Source: Gammaproteobacteria bacterium
Lineage (GTDB): Bacteria; Pseudomonadota; Gammaproteobacteria; JAKEHO01
NCBI GenBank assembly: GCA_022614965.1
Contig: JAKEHO010000043.1
Span: 10,950 to 74,949 of the forward strand
DNA length: 64,000 nt
Reading direction: 5' to 3'
Positions 10,840 through 22,702 of the stretch are shown one piece after another. The notes under the pieces were generated by a model, which saw nothing but the letters and a program-made list of their open reading frames with translations, had not been told where the DNA came from and ran no database searches. The translations under genes were made by a program, and so were the position numbers. Numbering within the stretch: the stretch's first letter is position 1; each line of letters opens with the position of its first letter.

Positions 10840-12159
10840 ATGCATCGAATTTGGTCCGTGTGCTCATGCTTGGGACTTGCCTTGTTCGCGGGACCCGGAC
10901 TATTTGCTGCAGATCTGGTGGAGGTATACCAGCTCGCCTATCAGAGTGATCCAGAGTTCCAGCGAGTTCAAGCAGCACGACAAGCGACCCTGGAGGTCTT
11001 GCCCCAAGCCCGTGCCCAGCTCTTGCCATCCCTCGGCTTTAGCGCGAATACGAGCCAACACGCCCAAGACATCGAAACAGCACAGCTCGCAGGCACTTCC
11101 GGGGAAGTCGACTTTAACAACTATGGGTACTCGCTCGATCTCACTCAACCGGTATTCCACCGCGACCGCTTTATCCAGCTGAATCAGGCCGATAGCCAAA
11201 TTAAGCAGGCCGATGCGGACGTCGCGGCCGCCCTGCAGGACCTCATCGTTCGAACCGCTGAGCGTTACTACAACGTGCTGGCGGCAATTGATAATCTGGA
11301 GTTCGTCCGCGCGGAGAAGCGATCGCTGCAGCGCCAGCTTGATCAGGCGCGCCAGCGTTTCGATGTGGGACTGATTGCCATTACCGACGTGAAGGAGGCC
11401 CAGGCGGGTTACGATGGGGCTGTGGCGAGAGAGATTGGAGCGGAAAACTTGCTCGATAATACCCGCGAGCAGCTCCGGGAAATCACCGGTGAGTATTTCA
11501 CTGAGCTTGCGCCGCTGACCCCCGACCTGCCACTGTTAGCGCCGGAGCCCCCTAATATCGATGAATGGACACAAACCGCCCTCGATCAGAACCTGCAAGT
11601 GATCGCCTCCCGCTACGCGGTTGACACGGCCCGGGAAGAGATCGGTCGCCAATCTGCCGGGCATTTCCCGACACTGGACCTGGTCGCAAACCAAAGCTAT
11701 TTCTCACAGGGCGGGCGGTTTTCATCCGAAACCACCAACGCATCCGTGGGGTTGGAATTCAATATGCCCATATTTCAAGGGGGCGAAGTCAACTCCCTCA
11801 CCCGTCAGGCGCGAGCACAGTATCAAGAGGCACTCGATCAATTGGAGCAAGACCGGCGCTCGGCTCAGCGAGCAACACGGGAATCTTATCTCGGCGTCAT
11901 CGCAAATATCAGCGGCGTGAAGGCGCTGCAGCTCACTGTTGAATCGCAGGAAACGGCGCTTCAGGCTACGAATGCCGGGTTTGAAGTGGGTACGCGCACG
12001 GCGGTTGACGTGGTCGTGTCTGAACGGCAACTGCTTGAGGCGCGGCGCGATCTCGCGCGCGCCCGCTATAACTATATCCTCGAGGCCTTGCGACTGAAGC
12101 GGGCGGCGGGCACACTGTCGCCGGAAGACGTTGCGCACTTCAATCGTTATTCACACTAG
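10840..12159 (+). CDS. tolC: TolC family outer membrane channel
   Basis: Signal peptide then ADLVEVYQLA, ARAQLLPSL, RFDVGLIAITDV, GHFPTLDL, GFEVGTRTAVDV. Confidence 0.93.
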   Translation: MHRIWSVCSCLGLALFAGPGLFAADLVEVYQLAYQSDPEFQRVQAARQATLEVLPQARAQLLPSLGFSANTSQHAQDIETAQLAGTSGEVDFNNYGYSLDLTQPVFHRDRFIQLNQADSQIKQADADVAAALQDLIVRTAERYYNVLAAIDNLEFVRAEKRSLQRQLDQARQRFDVGLIAITDVKEAQAGYDGAVAREIGAENLLDNTREQLREITGEYFTELAPLTPDLPLLAPEPPNIDEWTQTALDQNLQVIASRYAVDTAREEIGRQSAGHFPTLDLVANQSYFSQGGRFSSETTNASVGLEFNMPIFQGGEVNSLTRQARAQYQEALDQLEQDRRSAQRATRESYLGVIANISGVKALQLTVESQETALQATNAGFEVGTRTAVDVVVSERQLLEARRDLARARYNYILEALRLKRAAGTLSPEDVAHFNRYSH

Positions 12160-12192
12160 CCCGCCACCTCTGTGTAATGCGCTCCGCGGGCA

Positions 12193-12810
12193 ATGACATC
12201 CCGGAATAGCCAAGTTAGCCTAAACTCTGCAGCGACGATTACGAAGACAGCACGGTCACTGCTGTGCCAAGCCGATTCCAGCCAGCTTGTCGCAATCGAC
12301 ATGCAGACGCGCCTTTCTGCAGCCATGCCCAGCAAGGTGCTGGCCCGTGTGAAGCGCAACGTCGAGATCCTGACCCAAGCCGCTCAACTCCTGTCGGTCC
12401 CGGTGATCGTAACCGAGCAATACCCAGAGGGGCTCGGGCCTGTCGAACCGGATATTGCAAAACATCTACCGAATGACGCGCTGCGGTTCGAAAAGACCCG
12501 CTTTTCGTGCTGCGGTGCCGAGGGATTCACACAGTCCGTCGCCGATAGCAAGCGTCGACAGGCGATCCTGACGGGAATGGAGGCGCATGTGTGTGTCCTG
12601 CAGACCGCCATTGATCTGCACACGTCGGGCCTTGAGGTTTTTGTCGTAGCCGATGCCGTTTGCTCGCGCAAACGCGAAGACTACGAAAACGCCCTACTGC
12701 GCATGCAGCAGGCGGGGATTATGCTCGTCAACACGGAGTCGGTGGTCTTCGAGTGGCTGCGGGATGCACGCCATGAACATTTTAAGACGATTTCCGCACT
12801 GATACGTTGA
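12193..12810 (+). CDS. Isochorismatase-family (cysteine) hydrolase
   Basis: IDMQTRL, VTEQYPEGLG, EKTRFSCC, GMEAHVCVLQTA, VADAVCSR. Start uncertain. Confidence 0.88.
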   Translation: MTSRNSQVSLNSAATITKTARSLLCQADSSQLVAIDMQTRLSAAMPSKVLARVKRNVEILTQAAQLLSVPVIVTEQYPEGLGPVEPDIAKHLPNDALRFEKTRFSCCGAEGFTQSVADSKRRQAILTGMEAHVCVLQTAIDLHTSGLEVFVVADAVCSRKREDYENALLRMQQAGIMLVNTESVVFEWLRDARHEHFKTISALIR

Positions 12811-12859
12811 TATGAGAGGAGACAGGGGCTGCAGCTCGCGTCGACGTTTTTCCAATAAG

Positions 12860-14692
12860 CTATTCGACAGTGACCGACTTTGCCAGGTTACGTGGCTGAT
12901 CAATGTCCGCACCCTTCAAGACCGCCACATGATAGGCAAACAGTTGAAGGGGTACTGTGTAGATCACCGGTGCGATCGGCTCCTCTATGGGAGCTACATT
13001 AAGAACCTGTACTCCAGGCGAGTTTTCAACGCCAGCTGCAGGATCCGCAAACACGTAGAGCCTGCCACCGCGGGCCCGCACCTCCTGCAGATTGGATTTG
13101 AGTTTTTCCAATAAACCATTATTTGGTGCAACGGCAACGACCGGCATGTCATCGTCGACAAGGGCCAATGGGCCGTGCTTGAGCTCTCCGGCTGGGTAGG
13201 CCTCGGCATGGATGTAAGAGATCTCCTTAAGTTTAAGGGCACCTTCCATCGCCACCGGATACAGGCTTCCTCGTCCTAGGTAAAGGGTGTGGTGCTTGTT
13301 CGCAAACTGTTCCGCGAGAGTCTGGATCTGATCACTGAGTTCAAGTACGGCATTGAGCTTCCCCGGAAGACTTTCAAGTTGCGCAACCAGTGCATGCTCA
13401 TCTTCCACTCCCAAGCCGTGACGTCTGCCGAGCAAGATCACGAGCAACATCAGCACCACAAGTTGAGTCGTAAAGGCCTTAGTAGAGGCCACGCCAATCT
13501 CGGGGCCTGCCCGAGTCATGACGACGAGTTCGGATTCGCGTGTTAGCGAACTTTCTGGAACATTGCAGATTGCGAGCGAATGAGCGTAGCCCCTCTGCTT
13601 TGCCTCGCGCAATGCAGCCAGGGTATCAGCAGTCTCTCCCGATTGGGAGATGCTAACGAACAGCGTTTCCGGACGGACCACCAGACGACGGTAGCGAAAT
13701 TCGCTTGCGACCTCCACGCTGCAAGGCAGTCCAGCAATCGCCTCCATCCAGTACCGGGCGATGAGCCCAGCATGGTAGCTCGTTCCACATGCGACGATAT
13801 GTACCGAGTGGATCGTGTCCAGCACGCTAGCCGCATTCGGGCCGAAAGCTTCCTCGACCACTCGTCCCTCAGCAATCCTACCTTCCAATGTCTCGGCCAC
13901 GGCACGGGGCTGCGAAAAGATCTCCTTTAACATGAAATGTCGAAAACCCGATTTCTCCGCCGCATCCGCCGTCAATTCGGAGACCCGGATTGGCCGTTCG
14001 ATCTCGTTGCGCTTCGAATCGTAAATGGTGATAGCTTGCCGCGTAATATCCGCGATATCCCCATCCTCCAGAAAGACGAAACGTTGTGTGACGGGCAAGA
14101 GAGCGAAGACATCCGAGGCGATGAAGTGCTCGCCGATGCCCACACCGATAACCAGAGGGCTGCCGCGACGCGCCGCGATGAGTCGCTGAGGCTCTGACCG
14201 GCTGATCACACCCAGCGCGTACGCACCGTCGAGTTCTGCCACTGTGTCCATAACGGCTTCAAGCAGGTCTTTCCCGCCCGTGGCATGGTGATGGACTTGG
14301 TTAACGACCACCTCTGTATCAGTCTCGGAGGTAAATTCGTAGCCAAGCGCAAGTTGCTGCGCCCGTAACTCTTCGTGGTTTTCAATGATGCCATTGTGAA
14401 CGAGGGCAATCTCGCCACGGCAGACATGTGGATGAGCGTTGCTAAAACTGGGTTTTCCGTGAGTTGCCCAGCGAGTATGGGCGATGCCGGTTGAACCGTA
14501 GAGGGCCTCGCGTGCGAGCGCATCCTCGAGTTCTTTCACCTTCCCGGCGACGCGGACGCGTTGTAGACGATCATCGCGACTGAGGATGGCGACACCGGCT
14601 GAATCGTAGCCACGATACTCAAGGCGCTTCAAACCCTCAAGCAGTATCAGGGCTACATCCCGTTGCGCCACCGCACCGACAATACCGCACAT
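12860..14692 (-). CDS. glmS: Glutamine-fructose-6-phosphate transaminase (isomerizing)
   Basis: Starts MCGIVG (Ntn Cys) at ATG 14692. [52 protein letters not shown]. Confidence 0.98.
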   Translation of the reverse strand: MCGIVGAVAQRDVALILLEGLKRLEYRGYDSAGVAILSRDDRLQRVRVAGKVKELEDALAREALYGSTGIAHTRWATHGKPSFSNAHPHVCRGEIALVHNGIIENHEELRAQQLALGYEFTSETDTEVVVNQVHHHATGGKDLLEAVMDTVAELDGAYALGVISRSEPQRLIAARRGSPLVIGVGIGEHFIASDVFALLPVTQRFVFLEDGDIADITRQAITIYDSKRNEIERPIRVSELTADAAEKSGFRHFMLKEIFSQPRAVAETLEGRIAEGRVVEEAFGPNAASVLDTIHSVHIVACGTSYHAGLIARYWMEAIAGLPCSVEVASEFRYRRLVVRPETLFVSISQSGETADTLAALREAKQRGYAHSLAICNVPESSLTRESELVVMTRAGPEIGVASTKAFTTQLVVLMLLVILLGRRHGLGVEDEHALVAQLESLPGKLNAVLELSDQIQTLAEQFANKHHTLYLGRGSLYPVAMEGALKLKEISYIHAEAYPAGELKHGPLALVDDDMPVVAVAPNNGLLEKLKSNLQEVRARGGRLYVFADPAAGVENSPGVQVLNVAPIEEPIAPVIYTVPLQLFAYHVAVLKGADIDQPRNLAKSVTVE

Positions 14693-14922
14693 GAGCGAAT
14701 CAACCCCTGTCGTTTCGACGCCGATGCGATGGAACACGCCAAGTCACATCACGGCATCGTTTGCGGCCTTGGGACTTGACCGTCTTGCCGGGAGCAAAAC
14801 GGGACAGCCGAAGGCTGCCATTTCGGGGCAGTCCAGGGACGGACTGCATCAACCCCGACCACCCGTGTGGTCGGAGCGGCATGCGAAGCTGTTTGGCAAG
14901 TTCTCTCAGCATGACCAAAGAA

Positions 14923-14999
<77 letters not shown>

Positions 15000-15136
15000 G
15001 CATGACATTGAGTCTACATGGGCCGTTGGAAGAGGAGAAGGGTATCGCATAGGGAGCGAGGGCAGGCTTCATTTCAAAATGGTACCAAGGCGAATCGATT
15101 ACACCGGTGTGACCGGTGTCGGTTCAGCAACCGATG

Positions 15137-15493
15137 CTAGCGTCTTAGGATGTCCAGAACCCCTTCCAGCTCGACGCGTAACTGACGGATAATCTGTTGG
15201 CTCTGATTGGAGTCTTCCTTGGCCTCCGTACCGGACAGGCGTTGGCGGGCGCCGCCGATAGTAAATCCCTGCTCGTAGAGCAAGCTTCGAATCTGGCGGA
15301 TCAAGATGACGTCATGCCGCTGGTAGTAGCGGCGATTACCGCGACGCTTGAGAGGCTTTAGCTGAGGAAACTCCTGCTCCCAATAACGCAACACATGGGG
15401 TTTTACGGCGCACAACTCGCCAACCTCCCCGATCGTAAAGTAGCGCTTACCAGGAATGACCGGTAATGCGCTATCGTTCGATGCTTCCAGCAT
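15137..15493 (-). CDS. MerR family transcriptional regulator
   Basis: [37 protein letters not shown]. Canonical ihfA-merR-tRNA-Pro synteny. Confidence 0.93.
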   Translation of the reverse strand: MLEASNDSALPVIPGKRYFTIGEVGELCAVKPHVLRYWEQEFPQLKPLKRRGNRRYYQRHDVILIRQIRSLLYEQGFTIGGARQRLSGTEAKEDSNQSQQIIRQLRVELEGVLDILRR

Positions 15494-15773
15494 AGGCCTC
15501 TACCCGTGCTTTTAGTTTCTGCCCCGGACGAAACGTTACCACCCGCCGCGCGCTTATAGGGATTTCCTCCCCAGTCTTTGGGTTGCGCCCAGGTCGTTCG
15601 TTCTTATCGCGCAGGTCGAAATTGCCGAAACCTGAGAGCTTAACCTGGCGGCCTGACTCCAGGGCTGCGCGAACTTCCTCGAAGAACATCTCGACGATTT
15701 CCTTGGCTTCCCGCTTGTTAAGGCCAAGCTCTTCGTAGAGCTTCTCGGCCATATTGGCCTTCGTCAGCGCCAT
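15471..15773 (-). CDS. ihfA: Integration host factor alpha subunit
   Basis: [44 protein letters not shown]. Confidence 0.98.
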   Translation of the reverse strand: MALTKANMAEKLYEELGLNKREAKEIVEMFFEEVRAALESGRQVKLSGFGNFDLRDKNERPGRNPKTGEEIPISARRVVTFRPGQKLKARVEAYAGSIER

Positions 15774-15774
15774 G

Positions 15775-18150
15775 TCATTGCCTCAGGGTGATACCAAACT
15801 GTTTTTTTAGCCCCGCCAGGATGCCCTCGACGAGAGCATCCACCTCCTCGTCTATAAGAGTGCTAGAAGATCCCTGAAAGGTCAAGCCCATAGCAAGACT
15901 TTTCTTCCCTGGATCAATGCCTTCGCCCTCATACACGTCAAATAACTGTAGGTTTTTTAGCACATCAGTGGCACTTTTGGCAACAAAATCGAGCACATCC
16001 GCGGCCGGGACCGCCTGGTCGACCATCACGGCAAGGTCTCTGCGCACGGAGGGAAACTTGGAGGGGAGTGTGAAGCGGGGTAGCTGCCCTTCCGTGATGG
16101 CACAGAGCTGCAGCTCAAAGACCAATACCGTCTGTCTAAGGTCGAGCGCTTGGGCGATGGCCGGATGGAGACTGCCGATTAACCCGACTCTGCGGTCTTT
16201 GCGGTAGATGCCGGCTGCCTGCCCAGGGTGCAGTGCCGGGTGCTCGGCCGAACGGAACTCGACGCTGTCCAGGTCACTCGCCAGCCGCAGCAGCGCCTCC
16301 ACGTCACCCTTTAAATCGTAAAAATCCGCATGAACGGCCGGCATCCCCCATTGCTCCGTGTACGGCGTGCCGGTGATCGCGCCCCCCAGCATGTTCTCTT
16401 GCTCAAGCGGCGTTCCGCCTCTGAAAACCAGTCCACACTCGAATAGCCGCACGCGCGCCTGCTGCCGGTTCCGATTGTGAATCAGCGTTTGAACAAGACC
16501 TGGCCAAAGGCTCGTGCGCATAACCGACATATCCGATGCAAGCGGATTCGTCAGCGGGATCGCACGGGCGTTTGGAGCGAGTCGTGCTTGCAGTATTGGA
16601 TCGACGAAACTGTATGTGATGACCTCCTGATAGCCTCGATCAACCATCACTTGGCGCACGCGGGACAGTGGCACGCGGGATGCCTGGCAACCGAGGATTT
16701 TAAGGCGGCCTTGGGGTACACGGCTCGGTATGGTGTGGTAACCACGGACACGAACCAATTCTTCGATCAAATCGGCCTCGATCTCGACATCGAAACGGAA
16801 CGACGGCGGTGTGACCTCGAAGACACCCCCGTCGCCTTCGACTTGCATCCTGAGCTTCGCCAATATGTCGCTGATGGCCTCATCCGGCATGGATACTCCA
16901 ACAAGACGCTCTACACTTCGAGCCCGCAATGTAATGGGTCGCCGCCTTGGCAGGTTCCTCTGGAAGCAGTGATCAACGATCGGGCCGGCTTCCCCGCCAC
17001 AGATCTCGAGGATCAGGGCCGTCGCCCTGTCCACGGCACGCCGTTGTAGTTCGAAATCAACCCCGCGCTCAAAACGGTGTGACGAATCCGTATGCAGTCC
17101 GTAACGACGCGCGCGACCCGCAAGCAGGCGTGGCGTAAAGAAAGCGCTTTCAAGGAAGACGTCCCGGGTGGTCTCCGACACCGCAGAATCCAGCCCTCCG
17201 ATAATACCGGCGAGCGCCAGCACACGCCGTTCGTCCGCAATCGCGAGCGTGTCGCCCGATAAGGCGAGTTCCTGCCCATCCAGGGTTTGCAGGCGCTCGC
17301 CGTCGTTCGCATACCTTACATGTATAGCGCCGTCAAGCTTGTTGAGATCGAAAGCATGCATGGGTTGTCCCACTTCTAGCATGACGTAGTTCGTTACGTC
17401 GACGATAGCGTTAATACTGCGCAGACCGCTCCGGCGCAGCCGCTCGCGCATCCAGATAGGTGTTGGAGCAACCATGTTAACGCCCCGGATCACACGTCCA
17501 ACATAGCGGGGACAAGCATCGGGCGCATCGATCTCAACGGGATGGGCACGCTTGATCACATCCTGCACCCCTTTATAGGCCGGCCCCTGCACTTTACAAG
17601 CGGTGAGCACACCCACTTCACGTGCAACGCCGGCGATGCTGAGACAGTCCCCCCGATTTGGCGTTATCGCCAACTCGATAATTTTGTCGTCAAGCGCCAG
17701 AAACTCACGTAAATCCTTGCCCGGCGGGGCGTCTGCCGGTAATTCCATCAGGCGCTCCCGATCGTCCCCAAGCCCAAGCTCGGCGGGTGAACACAACCTG
17801 CCCTCGGAGGTGATCCCCCGAACTGTGGTCACCGCGAGCCGCCGGCCTCCAGGCAGCACAGCACCCACCACAGCAAGCGGTGCCCGCATGCCGGCTCGCA
17901 CATTTGAGGCGCCGCAGACGACCGTGGACGGCTTCCTCTTGGCAAAACGCACCTGACAAACCTGCAACTGTTCTGCAGCCCCGCCCGTATCCACATTGAC
18001 GATCTCGGCAACAACCACACCACGAAACTCCGGCGCCGCAGGCTGCACAGACTCAACCTCAAGTCCTGCCATCGTCAGCTGTTCTACGAGAGTCTCCGTC
18101 GGTACCGGCGGATCAACCCATTCACGTAGCCATTGTTCGCTGAACTGCAT
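15775..18150 (-). CDS. pheT: Phenylalanine--tRNA ligase beta subunit
   Basis: [62 protein letters not shown]. Confidence 0.98.
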   Translation of the reverse strand: MQFSEQWLREWVDPPVPTETLVEQLTMAGLEVESVQPAAPEFRGVVVAEIVNVDTGGAAEQLQVCQVRFAKRKPSTVVCGASNVRAGMRAPLAVVGAVLPGGRRLAVTTVRGITSEGRLCSPAELGLGDDRERLMELPADAPPGKDLREFLALDDKIIELAITPNRGDCLSIAGVAREVGVLTACKVQGPAYKGVQDVIKRAHPVEIDAPDACPRYVGRVIRGVNMVAPTPIWMRERLRRSGLRSINAIVDVTNYVMLEVGQPMHAFDLNKLDGAIHVRYANDGERLQTLDGQELALSGDTLAIADERRVLALAGIIGGLDSAVSETTRDVFLESAFFTPRLLAGRARRYGLHTDSSHRFERGVDFELQRRAVDRATALILEICGGEAGPIVDHCFQRNLPRRRPITLRARSVERLVGVSMPDEAISDILAKLRMQVEGDGGVFEVTPPSFRFDVEIEADLIEELVRVRGYHTIPSRVPQGRLKILGCQASRVPLSRVRQVMVDRGYQEVITYSFVDPILQARLAPNARAIPLTNPLASDMSVMRTSLWPGLVQTLIHNRNRQQARVRLFECGLVFRGGTPLEQENMLGGAITGTPYTEQWGMPAVHADFYDLKGDVEALLRLASDLDSVEFRSAEHPALHPGQAAGIYRKDRRVGLIGSLHPAIAQALDLRQTVLVFELQLCAITEGQLPRFTLPSKFPSVRRDLAVMVDQAVPAADVLDFVAKSATDVLKNLQLFDVYEGEGIDPGKKSLAMGLTFQGSSSTLIDEEVDALVEGILAGLKKQFGITLRQ

Positions 18151-18213
18151 CCGGAAGCACCCGAAATTTCTTAACCAACCTCATGGAGACCACGTCAGGC
18201 AATTACATTCATG

Positions 18214-19317
<1,104 letters not shown>

Positions 19318-19677
19318 TCAACTCGCCAGGCAGGCCTTGACCTTGTCTGCCAGCTTGGCAAATGCACTTTTGTCCGACACAGCCAGGTCAGCCAAGACCT
19401 TTCTATCGATCTCAATGGAAGTCACCTTCAATCCATTCATAAACCGGCTGTAGGAAAGACCACATTCACGGGCGGCGGCGTTGATGCGTGTGATCCATAA
19501 TGCCTTGAACTGGCGCTTTCTCTGCCGGCGGTCCCGATAAGCATACTGTCCTGCCTTAGTCACCGCCTGCTTCGCCACACGGTAGACGTTTTTTCGCGCG
19601 CCTCTGTAGCCCTTCGCCTGGCTAATGACCTTTTTGTGCCTTGCACGGGCAGTGACACCGCGCTTTACTCTTGCCAT
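19318..19677 (-). CDS. rplT: 50S ribosomal protein L20
   Basis: [45 protein letters not shown]. Confidence 0.99.
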   Translation of the reverse strand: MARVKRGVTARARHKKVISQAKGYRGARKNVYRVAKQAVTKAGQYAYRDRRQRKRQFKALWITRINAAARECGLSYSRFMNGLKVTSIEIDRKVLADLAVSDKSAFAKLADKVKACLAS

Positions 19678-19694
19678 CTTACGACTCTCTCACA

Positions 19695-19892
19695 TCACAC
19701 ATAAGGCAGTAACCGGCGTACTGCCCTCACGTCACTATCATCTAATGCGATTAAGGGGCGCAGTTGCCGCTTACGTTTTGCACTTTTCTTGGTCAAAATA
19801 TGGCTCTTGTGCGACTGCCGATGTCTGAACCTGCCTGATGCCGTACGCTTGAACCGCTTGGCTGCGCCTCGATTTGATTTCAATTTAGGCAT
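19695..19892 (-). CDS. rpmI: 50S ribosomal protein L35
   Basis: [17 protein letters not shown]...HILTKKS. Lies between infC and rplT. Confidence 0.97.
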   Translation of the reverse strand: MPKLKSNRGAAKRFKRTASGRFRHRQSHKSHILTKKSAKRKRQLRPLIALDDSDVRAVRRLLPYV

Positions 19893-19970
19893 CACAACGA
19901 CTCTTTAGATCAACTACAAAACTTGTAACCAATCCTTAAATACAAAACAAAGTTATCGCCTCGCACCGGC

Positions 19971-20486
19971 TCATCTCTTGGGTGAAAGCAGCATTACCAT
20001 CTGCCGACCTTCCATCTTCGGATGTTGTTCCACAACGCCGTGTTTCGTAAGGTCTGCCTCAATGCGTTGAAGCATTTTCAGGCCGAGTTCCTGGTGCGCC
20101 AACTCGCGGCCCCTGAAGCGTAGCGTAACCTTGACTTTATCTCCATGCGTCAGAAAACGTATCAAATTGCGTAGCTTGATCTGATAATCCCCTTTTTCAG
20201 TACCCGGCCGGAATTTTACTTCTTTAATCTGTATCTGCTTCTGTTTCTTCTTTGCTGCCTGCCGTTTCTTGTTCTCCTCGAACAAGTACTTCCCATAGTC
20301 CATGACTCGGCAGACCGGCGGGTCAACATTGGGTACAATCTCAACGAGATCCAGCTCGGCCTCATCGGCAATTTGCTGCGCCTTTTCCAAGGGCACAATG
20401 CCAACTTGCTCTCCATCACTGCCGATAAGCCGCACCTCCGTGGTTGTAATCTGCTCATTCAGGCGGGTCTTCTTTGCCCCAGCGAT
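19971..20486 (-). CDS. infC: Translation initiation factor IF-3 (non-canonical ATC start)
   Basis: [57 protein letters not shown] lies 8 nt before an in-frame ATC at 20486, with no ATG/GTG between the thrS stop and the conserved RLNEQI. Confidence 0.95.
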   Translation of the reverse strand: MAGAKKTRLNEQITTTEVRLIGSDGEQVGIVPLEKAQQIADEAELDLVEIVPNVDPPVCRVMDYGKYLFEENKKRQAAKKKQKQIQIKEVKFRPGTEKGDYQIKLRNLIRFLTHGDKVKVTLRFRGRELAHQELGLKMLQRIEADLTKHGVVEQHPKMEGRQMVMLLSPKR

Positions 20487-20489
20487 ATT

Positions 20490-22415
20490 CTAATCCTCCA
20501 AAATACGGCGGCCGCGGCACGCGACTTCGGTTTGCAGACGCTCGGCGAAGTCATCGAGGGACATACTGCCAAGGTCCTCACCCCCACGCGTACGCACGGC
20601 CACGGAATTGGCTTCCATCTCGCGCCCGCCCACAATCAGCAGGTACGGGACACGTTGCATTGCGTGCTCGCGGATTTTATGCCCGATGGTCTCATTTCTC
20701 AAGTCAGCGTTCACCCTGAACCCCTGTGTATTCATGGTTTCTGCCACGGATTCCGCGTAGGGTGCCTGTTTCTCTGTGATGCTGAGGACGACTGACTGTA
20801 CCGGTGCCAACCACACCGGAAACGCACCCGCATAATGCTCAATTAAGATGCCAATAAAGCGCTCCAGCGAACCCAAAATCGCCCGATGCAGCATGACCGG
20901 GACCTGTTTAGAGCCGTCCTCGGCAATGTAGTGTGCTCCGAGGCGATCCGGCATGGAAAAATCGACCTGCACGGTTCCTAACTGCCATACGCGGCCGATG
21001 CAGTCCTTGAGGGAAAAATCGACCTTGGGCCCGTAGAATGCCCCCTCGCCAGGATGGAGTTCCCACTCTAACCCTTTGTTTATCAGAGCAATTTCTAGGG
21101 CTCTTTCGGCCTTGTCCCAGATGGCATCGGCTCCCACTCGATTTGCCGGACGAGTCGATAGCGTGACGTTGACCTCGTTAAAGCCGAAATCCGCGTAGAC
21201 CTCGAACAAAAGATCAATAAACGCAGACATCTCATGCTGAAGTTGATCTTCAGTACAAAAGATATGCGCGTCATCCTGGGTGAATTGCCGCACTCTCATC
21301 AGCCCGTGCAAGGTCCCAGACGGTTCATTGCGATGACATGAACCGAATTCCGCCATGCGCAGCGGAAGATCCCGGTAGCTCTTGAGTCCCTGATTAAAGA
21401 TCTGAATATGACAGGGACAGTTCATCGGTTTCACTGCGTACTCGCGGCTCTCGGAACCCGTGGTAAAAATCAGTGCTCCAAATTTATCCCAGTGACCGGA
21501 TCGCTCCCACAGTGACCTTTCGACAACCTGCGGCGTATGCACCTCCTGATAACCGTGGGTATGCATCTTGTTGCGTACAAACTGCTCCACCTGGCGATAG
21601 ATCACCCACCCATTCGGATGCCAGAACACCATGCCGGGCGCCTCTTCCTGAAGGTGGAACAGATCCTGTTGTTTGGCAAGCTTACGGTGGTCGCGCTTTT
21701 CGGCTTCCTCTATACGTTGCAGATAGGCTTTGAGTGCCTTCTTGTCAGGCCATGCGGTGCCATAGATGCGCTGAAGCATTTCGTTATTGGGATCACCGCG
21801 CCAGTAAGCGCCTGCGATCTTCATAAGCTTGAAGGCCTTAATCATCCCAGTGCTTGGCACGTGAGGGCCGCGGCAAAGATCGATAAAGTCGCCCTGCCTA
21901 TATAAGGAGATTTCTTCGCCTTCCGGAATAGAGGCGATGATCTCGGCCTTGTAGTCTTCCCCCATATCGCGAAAGAACTTCACGGCCTCATCTCGCCCCA
22001 TTACTGACCGGATGACTTTGAAATTCTGCTGCGCCAACTCCTCCATCTTTGATTCAATGGCTTTAAGATCTTCAGGCGTAAAGGGCCGTTCATAGGCAAA
22101 ATCATAATAGAAACCGTCTTCGACAACCGGGCCGATAGTGACCTGGGCTGTAGGGTAAAGCACCTTGACAGCCTGAGCCATGAGGTGCGCACAGGAATGG
22201 CGTATCACCTCCAGCCCTTCGGGATCATGGTCAGTCACGATCGAAACATGGCGGTTTTTGTCGATCACAAAGGATGTATCGACCAGCCGATCATCCACCT
22301 TTGCGGCGAGCGCTGCCTTCGCTAGGCCTGGGCCTATGGCCTTTGCAACATCCGCCACCGTTACCGGTTGGTCAAACCTTAGCTCACTACCGTCAGGAAG
22401 CGTAACTTTAGGCAT
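20490..22415 (-). CDS. thrS: Threonine--tRNA ligase
   Basis: TGS domain [57 protein letters not shown]. Confidence 0.99.
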   Translation of the reverse strand: MPKVTLPDGSELRFDQPVTVADVAKAIGPGLAKAALAAKVDDRLVDTSFVIDKNRHVSIVTDHDPEGLEVIRHSCAHLMAQAVKVLYPTAQVTIGPVVEDGFYYDFAYERPFTPEDLKAIESKMEELAQQNFKVIRSVMGRDEAVKFFRDMGEDYKAEIIASIPEGEEISLYRQGDFIDLCRGPHVPSTGMIKAFKLMKIAGAYWRGDPNNEMLQRIYGTAWPDKKALKAYLQRIEEAEKRDHRKLAKQQDLFHLQEEAPGMVFWHPNGWVIYRQVEQFVRNKMHTHGYQEVHTPQVVERSLWERSGHWDKFGALIFTTGSESREYAVKPMNCPCHIQIFNQGLKSYRDLPLRMAEFGSCHRNEPSGTLHGLMRVRQFTQDDAHIFCTEDQLQHEMSAFIDLLFEVYADFGFNEVNVTLSTRPANRVGADAIWDKAERALEIALINKGLEWELHPGEGAFYGPKVDFSLKDCIGRVWQLGTVQVDFSMPDRLGAHYIAEDGSKQVPVMLHRAILGSLERFIGILIEHYAGAFPVWLAPVQSVVLSITEKQAPYAESVAETMNTQGFRVNADLRNETIGHKIREHAMQRVPYLLIVGGREMEANSVAVRTRGGEDLGSMSLDDFAERLQTEVACRGRRILED

Positions 22416-22463
22416 GCCCTGTCGTGCGCTTTACCGTCGGATCCTTTCTTTTGAGCTGTCAAC

Positions 22464-22494
22464 AAAAAGAAAGCACCGCATCACGCGGCGCTTT
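22464..22494 (-). terminator. Rho-independent terminator-like hairpin after tRNA-Val
   Basis: Minus strand AAAGCGCCGC-GTGAT-GCGGTGCTTT-CTTTTT. Confidence 0.7.
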
Positions 22495-22501
22495 GAACTG
22501 A

Positions 22502-22576
22502 TGGTAGGCGCGAGTGGGATCGAACCACCGACCACTACCATGTCAAGGTAGTGCTCTACCACTGAGCTACGCGCCT
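22502..22576 (-). tRNA. tRNA-Val(GAC)
   Basis: AGGCGCGTAGCTCAGTGGTAGAGCA-CTACC-TTGACAT-GGTAG-TGGTCGGTGGTTCGATCCCACT-CGCGCCT-ACCA. Confidence 0.97.
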
Positions 22577-22702
22577 ATTGCGGCCGGATAGCATACAAAA
22601 TCTAAGGACAGACACACAAGAAGGACCATCACGAGAATTGGTCACCCATGCTCTTAATATGTTACGTCCCTGATCGGATCGTCAACCGAGTGTACCCGCT
22701 GA

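Noticed and set aside
14700-14922. Possible glmS ribozyme upstream of glmS
   Set aside because: The conserved AGCGCC core is absent on the coding strand. Only generic hairpins are present.
16477-17049. 190-aa ORF antisense to pheT, and many similar 60-170 aa shadow ORFs across the window
   Set aside because: They overlap well-supported genes and show no family motifs or RBS support.
20484-20492. ThrRS-IF3 read-through fusion (genes are in frame across one TAG)
   Set aside because: A good SD and a non-canonical start explain infC independently, and there is no evidence for read-through.
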